Positions 56,905 to 64,000 of a DNA stretch of 64,000 nucleotides are shown here, one piece after another. This DNA is from Paraspadella gotoi. Taxonomy: Eukaryota > Animalia > Chaetognatha. The notes below the pieces were generated by a model that saw only the letters and a program-made list of their open reading frames with translations, had not been told where the DNA came from and did not search any database. The stretch is taken from the NCBI GenBank assembly GCA_051294375.1, contig CM119264.1:29814876-29878875 (forward strand), given 5' to 3'. A program made the translations under genes and the position numbers. How positions within the stretch are numbered: position 1 is the first letter of the stretch; every line of letters starts with the position of its first letter.

Positions 56905-59240
56905 TATTATTGCCTGCAACCCAATAACTAATATCGAATTTAGTTGCACGATTGTATCCTACATAACCAATTACCATCTATTTTCAGCCAATCAAATTCG
57001 TGCTCTGTTCAGCCTTCAGCCAATCAAAAATCGCTCTACCTGTCAAAGTCGTTTCTCTCGTCGAAGCCTTTGATCTTTCCGATTGTGAACTCAAGAGACC
57101 CTGAAGACGTCAAAGTATTTGGTTGTGAAAGCGAATCGTGATATTTCACATGGAAAAGTATATAAACCTGCGTTTTTCTTGCTTTCCCAATTTTGTTATT
57201 ACTAAAGACTAAAAGATAAACTTCAAGTGGTCCTAAATGAACCTGATTCTGAACCTGATCCTGACCTGATCATGACCTTTTTCTGACCCTGCACCTGACC
57301 TGAACCTCCGTGACCTTTTTCTGACCCTGCACCTGACCCTGCACCTGACCCTGCACCTGACCTGAACCTCCGTGATCTCTCTAATTTGACTCTTGGTCAA
57401 AAATGGTTTCAAAATTTCGACGTCGATTTTTCCCAATTTTTGGATTTTCTTAATCGCATCTTCCATTTCTTCGGGGTCGCCTGGAGAAAAGGATGCGATC
57501 AAGATGAGATGCGAACAGGATGAGAGGATATGCGATCAAGATGAGAGGAGATACGATCAAGTGGAGATGAGATGCGATCAAGATGAGATGCGATCAGGAT
57601 GAGAGGAGATGAGATCAAGATGAGAGGAGATGCAATTAAGATGGAAGGAGATGCGATCAAGATGAGAGGAGATGCGATCAAGTNNNNNNNNNNNNNNNNN
57701 NNNNNNNNNNNNNNNNNNNNNNNNNNNNNNNNNNNNNNNNNNNNNNNNNNNNNNNNNNNNNNNNNNNNNNNNNNNNNNNNNNNNNNNNNNNNNNNNNNNN
57801 NNNNNNNNNGGAGATGCGATCAAGTGGAGATGAGATCAAGATGAGATGCGATCAGGATGAGTGGAGATGCGATCAAGTGGAGATGAGATGCGATCAAGAT
57901 GAGAGGAGATGCGAACAGGAAGACATGTCATGCAAACAGGATTAAAACGACGATGACGAAACAAGACGCAATCACGAAAGAAAAAAACACGGATAAAAAC
58001 AAAAGGCAAAACAAGAAAACAAAGGACGCCACCTGAGGCGATGGCGGCTTTGAGCTCCCCGACGAGTTCCGTCCTCATCGCGTTGTCTTCAGAAGCTGAG
58101 GACTTCGCGACGCCGGCGACGCCGCCGACGCCGCCGACGCCGCCGACGCCTGGACCGCCGCCGCCGCCACCGCCGCCACCGCCCCAACCACTCCTGCCGC
58201 TTCTGCCGCTCCTGCCGTTTCTATCGCTCCAACCGCCTTTGTGTAGGTCGCATTGATTTTAATCCTTACTATTAATTAGGGATGTATCTAAATAATATAG
58301 AGATTGATCGGTTCCATTAGGATTGTACCCATTGTACCCNNNNNNNNNNNNNNNNNNNNNNNNNNNNNNNNNNNNNCGTGCGCGCTATCCTGCAACCACC
58401 AGGTTAATTATATCTAATAAATCAAATAATAGTCAATCGGCGTCGCCTAAATAATAAATAATTAATACTAAATGATTAAAAAACAAATAAAATAAAATAA
58501 ATTTAAAGAAAAAACAAATTAAGAAAAATCCTGACCATTTCTTTCGCTCCAATCGCTTCTGTCACTCCATTCGCTCTCCCCGCTTCTTCCGCTTCTTCCG
58601 CTTCTTCCGCTTCTTCCGCTCCTATGACCCTCGCTGTCCGCTTCTTCCCATCCAGTCCTCTTTACGTCATCGAATGACTTTTCATCTCCTATTGACCTCT
58701 TTTGAGAGAGAGAGAGAGAGAGAGAGNNNNNNNNNNNNNNNNNNNNNNNNNNNNNNNNNNNNNNNNNNNNNNNNNNNNNNNNNNNNNNNNNNNNNNNNNN
58801 NNNNNNNNNNNNNNNNNNNNNNNNNNNNNNNNNNNNNNNNNNNNNNNNNNNNNNNNNNNNNNNNNNNNNNNNNNNNNNNNNNNNNNNNNNNNNNNNNNNN
58901 NNNNNNNNNNNNNNNNNNNNNNNNNNNNNNNNNNNNNNNNNTCACTACTTGCATTAAGTTCGGTACAGACTGTCGCGCACTTTGTTCTCACCCGATGAAC
59001 ATTCGACTTTTCTCGACTGACGTTGAAGCTTTTCGAATCTCCCGCGGAGATCGCCGCGGTGCCGTCTCCGCCGCCGCCAGCGGCACCGCCAGCGCCGCCA
59101 GCNNNNNNNNNNNNNNNNNNNNNNNNNNNNNNNNNNNNNNNNNNNNNNNNNNNNNNNNNNNNNNCGTAGTGGATTGGGCGAAGTTGACCGCAGACTCCAG
59201 GTTTCTCCCATCCACCTTCTTTGCCAAATCGTCCGTCTGA
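56905..59240 (-). CDS. Uncharacterised spliced gene fragment (Gly/Ser/Arg-rich region then helical C-terminal region)
   Basis: Minus-strand exon candidates with AG/GT ends: ~58946-59240 (gapped), ~58536-58699 (GWEEADSEGHRSGRSGRSGR..WSDRSDWSERN), ~58033-58260 (GWSDRNGRSGR..MRTELVGELKAAIAS), 57361-57480 (GDPEEMEDAIKKIQKLG..EVQ), ~57040-57166 (VYILFHVKYHD..FDERNDFD). The last three join in consistent phase. No family recognised. Confidence 0.5.
57491..57920. repeat. About 21-bp intronic minisatellite (GATGCGATCAAGATGAGAGGA) spanning a gap
   Basis: Direct inspection; abuts the acceptor of the minus-strand exon at 57361-57480. Confidence 0.8.
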
Positions 59241-61164
59241 CCCGAAGATTTGAATAGAGAAATTCATTTTTATTTCTTGATTTTAATTTCATCTTCCATT
59301 TTATATTTTCAAGGATAAAATTTCCATCATTTACTCTTTAACCCGCATTTAAACAATATACAATATAAAAATATATACAATATATAATATATATAATATA
59401 TACAATAATAATAATATATAATATATATATATATAATATATACAATATACAATATAAAAATATACATTATACAATATTGATCGGGGAACCAGGATCTCTC
59501 TTTACAATGAGAGAGTCTTGATTGAAAGCTCGCAGGGTCTCGCAACGTTGTCATCTTTTAAGATGGATGGAGGCAATAACCTTCCACAGCCATCACACTG
59601 TTACACTATCACAATATTTTGGCAAATCCAAATCATTAAGCGTTAAAACAGTTTATGATAAGCAAATAACTTGTGGTAGAATTAAAGTGAAAGACTTTAC
59701 AATCACCTTGGTGAAAACCGCTGAATCTCTTAACATCGTNNNNNNNNNNNNNNNNNNNNNNNNNNNNNNNNNNNNNNNNNNNNNNNNNNNNNNNNNNNNN
59801 NNNNNNNNNNNNNNNNNNNNNNNNNNNNNNNNNNNNNNNNNNNNNNNNNNNNNNNNNNNNNNNNNNNNNNNNNNNNNNNNNNNNNNNNNNNNNNNNNNNN
59901 NNNNNNNNNNNNNNNNNNNNNNNNNNNNNNNNNNNNNNNNNNNNNNNNNNNNNNNNNNNNNNNNNNNNNNNNNNNNNNNNNNNNNNNNNNNNNNNNNNNN
60001 NNNNNNNNNNNNNNNNNNNNNNNNNNNNNNNNNNNNNNNNNNNNNNNNNNNNNNNNNNNNNNNNNNNNNNNNNNNNNNNNNNNNNNNNNNNNNNNNNNNN
60101 NNNNNNNNNNNNNNNNNNNNNNNNNNNNNNNNNNNNNNNNNNNNNNNNNNNNNNNNNNTTCGATTGAAGTTGGCGTTGGTTCTGCCGCCGACATCCGCGC
60201 TGATGTCTAAGACGAAGATTCGTCGGTGAAAACAGTTGTCGTTAGTCGTTAGTCGTTGTTGTTGTCTTCGGTTGTTGACCCTCTTCCCTCTTGATCTTTG
60301 GTTTCGTAAGTCGATATTAATTCAGTGCAAAGTTTCTCGTCGTCTTGTTGTCTTCGTCTTCGTCTTTGTCGTCGTCGTAGTTACATCTTTACCCGTTAGA
60401 TTTTCGAAAGGGTTGCCCTCGCTGCCAACGTCTCTGGCGGAAGTGGCGCCGCCCATTGAATTTTCTTGCAGCGAATATCGACATTTGCCTTCGAAATTTA
60501 AAATAAAAAGAAAGAAAGAAATTCGATACTAAATTTATCGATTTAATTTCCCGACTTTTTTTTTCTTTTTCTTTTTTTCTTTTCCTTTTTCCTTTTTTCC
60601 TTTCTTCCTTATTTCCTTATTTCCTCCCATCTTTCCCTCCCCCTCATTCCCCTTCCACCATCATCCTCCAATGACATTGCACTTGGAAGATCTTCTCCTC
60701 AATCTCCTTCAACTTCTCCGTCAACTTCGACATCCGAGACGACGAATCCGTAGTCGTCGTCGTCGTCGTCGTCGTCGTCATCGCCGACGACGACGCGTCG
60801 CTCGTCCAAAACGCGGCTCCGTCGTCCGGTTGCGGTGGCGTCGCCACGATCGCCGGCGCCGTCGGAAAAAGCGGCGTCCTTTNNNNNNNNNNAGGCGGAG
60901 CCCGAAAATTGACGGAGGCTGCGTGATTCCAGGAGGCGTTGTTGAAGTTGGTGGCGGCGTCGTCGCAGCGACAGCCGCTGCAGGAACGCGGAGAAGCGCG
61001 AAGGTGAGGCGGTTAAAACGATGACAGAAACCAAGGGAAAAAAAACTGACAATAATGACAATGATTTGACGGGGTTTTTTTTTCAGCTGTATCAAATGAG
61101 ATGTCTTGCTGATTAACGCCGCATTAAAACTCAGGAAGACAAAATCGTAAAAATAACCAAATCA

Positions 61165-61202
<38 letters not shown>

Positions 61203-62204
61203 NNNNNNNNNNNNNNNNNNNNNNNNNNNNNNNNNNNNNNNNNNNNNNNNNNNNNNNNNNNNNNNNNNNNNNNNNNNNNNNNNNNNNNNNNNNNNNNNNN
61301 NNNNNNNNNNNNNNNNNNNNNNNNNNNNNNNNNNNNNNNNNNNNNNNNNNNNNNNNNNNNNNNNNNNNNNNNNNNNNNNNNNNNNNNNNNNNNNNNNNNN
61401 NNNNNNNNNNNNNNNNNNNNNNNNNNNNNNNNNNNNNNNNNNNNNNNNNNNNNNNNNNNNNNNNNNNNNNNNNNNNNNNNNNNNNNNNNNNNNNNNNNNN
61501 NNNNNNNNNNNNNNNNNNNNNNNNNNNNNNNNNNNNNNNNNNNNNNNNNNNNNNNNNNNNNNNNNNNNNNNNNNNNNNNTCATTACGCTTCGTGATCAAA
61601 GTCAGTTATCTGAACCATGGGAGTTAAGATTACAATTACTATTACAATTACTTTTACTCCTCTACCCCGCAATGCAGTCAACGCTTTTGTCTCTGTCACC
61701 TCCTATGCTATCACTTCTATCACCTTTATCATCTCCACTTCACTATCACATCTCCCTCCCTCACTCTGTTTGCATTTGGCGTCCAGCCTCCGATGACCCT
61801 CTCTCGCGATGGATTCTTCAATCGTCTCTCTCTCTCTACTCGCGTCGGGATAAGAGGCGCAGCAAAGATCTCCTTGGCAACCGTGACGACAATTCTTTAC
61901 GCAGCGGTGCTGCTGTTGCTCCAGCTTCTTTCTCTGCAGCTCCTGCTCCCGCTGCTTCCGCTGCTCCTCCTCAAGCCGCTCCCGCTCCAGCCGCTCTTTC
62001 TTCTCTCGCTCCAGTCGATGATGAGAAGATTCCTTTGCGTGAAGGAGTTGGACGTCGGAAGAACCTTCTTTCTTTTTTCCTTCTTTCTTTTTTCCTTCTT
62101 TCTTCTTCTGTTTTTTCTGTTTTTTCTTGTTGTTTTCTGTGATTAAATGTGAGGGGAAAATGATTCGCCCGGGGGGGGTGTCCTAAGATTCGTTTCTTTT
62201 TCTT

Positions 62205-63188
<984 letters not shown>

Positions 63189-64000
63189 TTTCTTTTTTTT
63201 TTGGCTTCTAATTTCTTAGATTTCAATGTAAAATAATCTTAAACGCTTTTTTTTTTAAGAATTTTAAGAGAAACTTTTTCGTTTTCTCATTTTAACTTAA
63301 ATTTTAATTAAAGCAGAAGAGGAGACTTAACGGTGACCGATCAGATTACAAGAAATTGCTGTAATATTTTCTGTCAACAAAGAAGCTTTTTATTTAATTA
63401 TAATTCCAACCGATAATATTTATAATAATTTATATAATATATTAAAGCCGAGACTCAGAATCAATAGTTTCAATCAAAAACCTTTTAATCTTTTGTTGAA
63501 TGATTCTTACAACTACTAGCGCTTTATCTAAATTGATGAGGAAACTAAAAATAAACAGTTGAACATCGCCCGTTTCCTTAAGAAAAGTACACTGAGAAAA
63601 AAATATCATTGTTTGACGAATTAATTTTAAAAATTATTAAAAAATAAATATTAAATTTGACATATGAGTTACTGTAACTGTAAAGAATTTAAAAATAATA
63701 TATATTTTTTTTGTAAATATGCCTTTCAATACTGTTTATATACTGTGACTTATACCATCCGCCTGTGACAACCTTCGCCATGCCCCCTTCCCAATTCCCC
63801 TTACGCCAAATTCCACCATTTAAGCCAACCTTTACCACTACCACTTACCACACGCTTCCAGTCCACACTTCCCGACCATACTTCCTGCCCACACTTTCTC
63901 ACCTCTTCCAACCATTTCCTCTTCCTAATGGCGACTTCCACCTTCCCACACTTCCTACCCAGACTTCCTACCCACACTTTCTCACCTCTTCCAGCCACAT

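Overview
Intron-rich eukaryotic (most likely invertebrate metazoan) genomic DNA from an error-prone, gap-filled draft assembly, with many (GA)n, (GAT)n and (GAC)n microsatellites, small indel frameshifts and N gaps. Manual spliced reading gives these + strand genes: a 10-exon myristoylated SH3-SH2 Src-family-like tyrosine kinase (3086-8238); a PGP/chronophin-like HAD-IIA protein with all catalytic motifs substituted (two near-identical copies, probably an assembly duplication); a large gene with about six tandem adenylate kinase domains (about 19.8-37.95 kb) that has two GC-AG introns and an intronic tRNA-Thr(CGT); and an SLC23/NCS2 transporter (47396-53139). Mobile DNA comprises a foldback MITE with 8-bp target-site duplications, a tRNA-derived SINE-like element and a decayed BEL/Pao LTR retrotransposon. 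Fragmentary, uncharacterised minus-strand exons lie at both ends. The most striking unexplained pattern is a set of tandem arrays built from an exon end plus its splice site, which fill introns with decoy splice sites. Several multi-kb duplications flank 25-N or 100-N gaps and are probably artefacts. Exon coordinates were read by eye and may be off by a few bases in low-quality regions.
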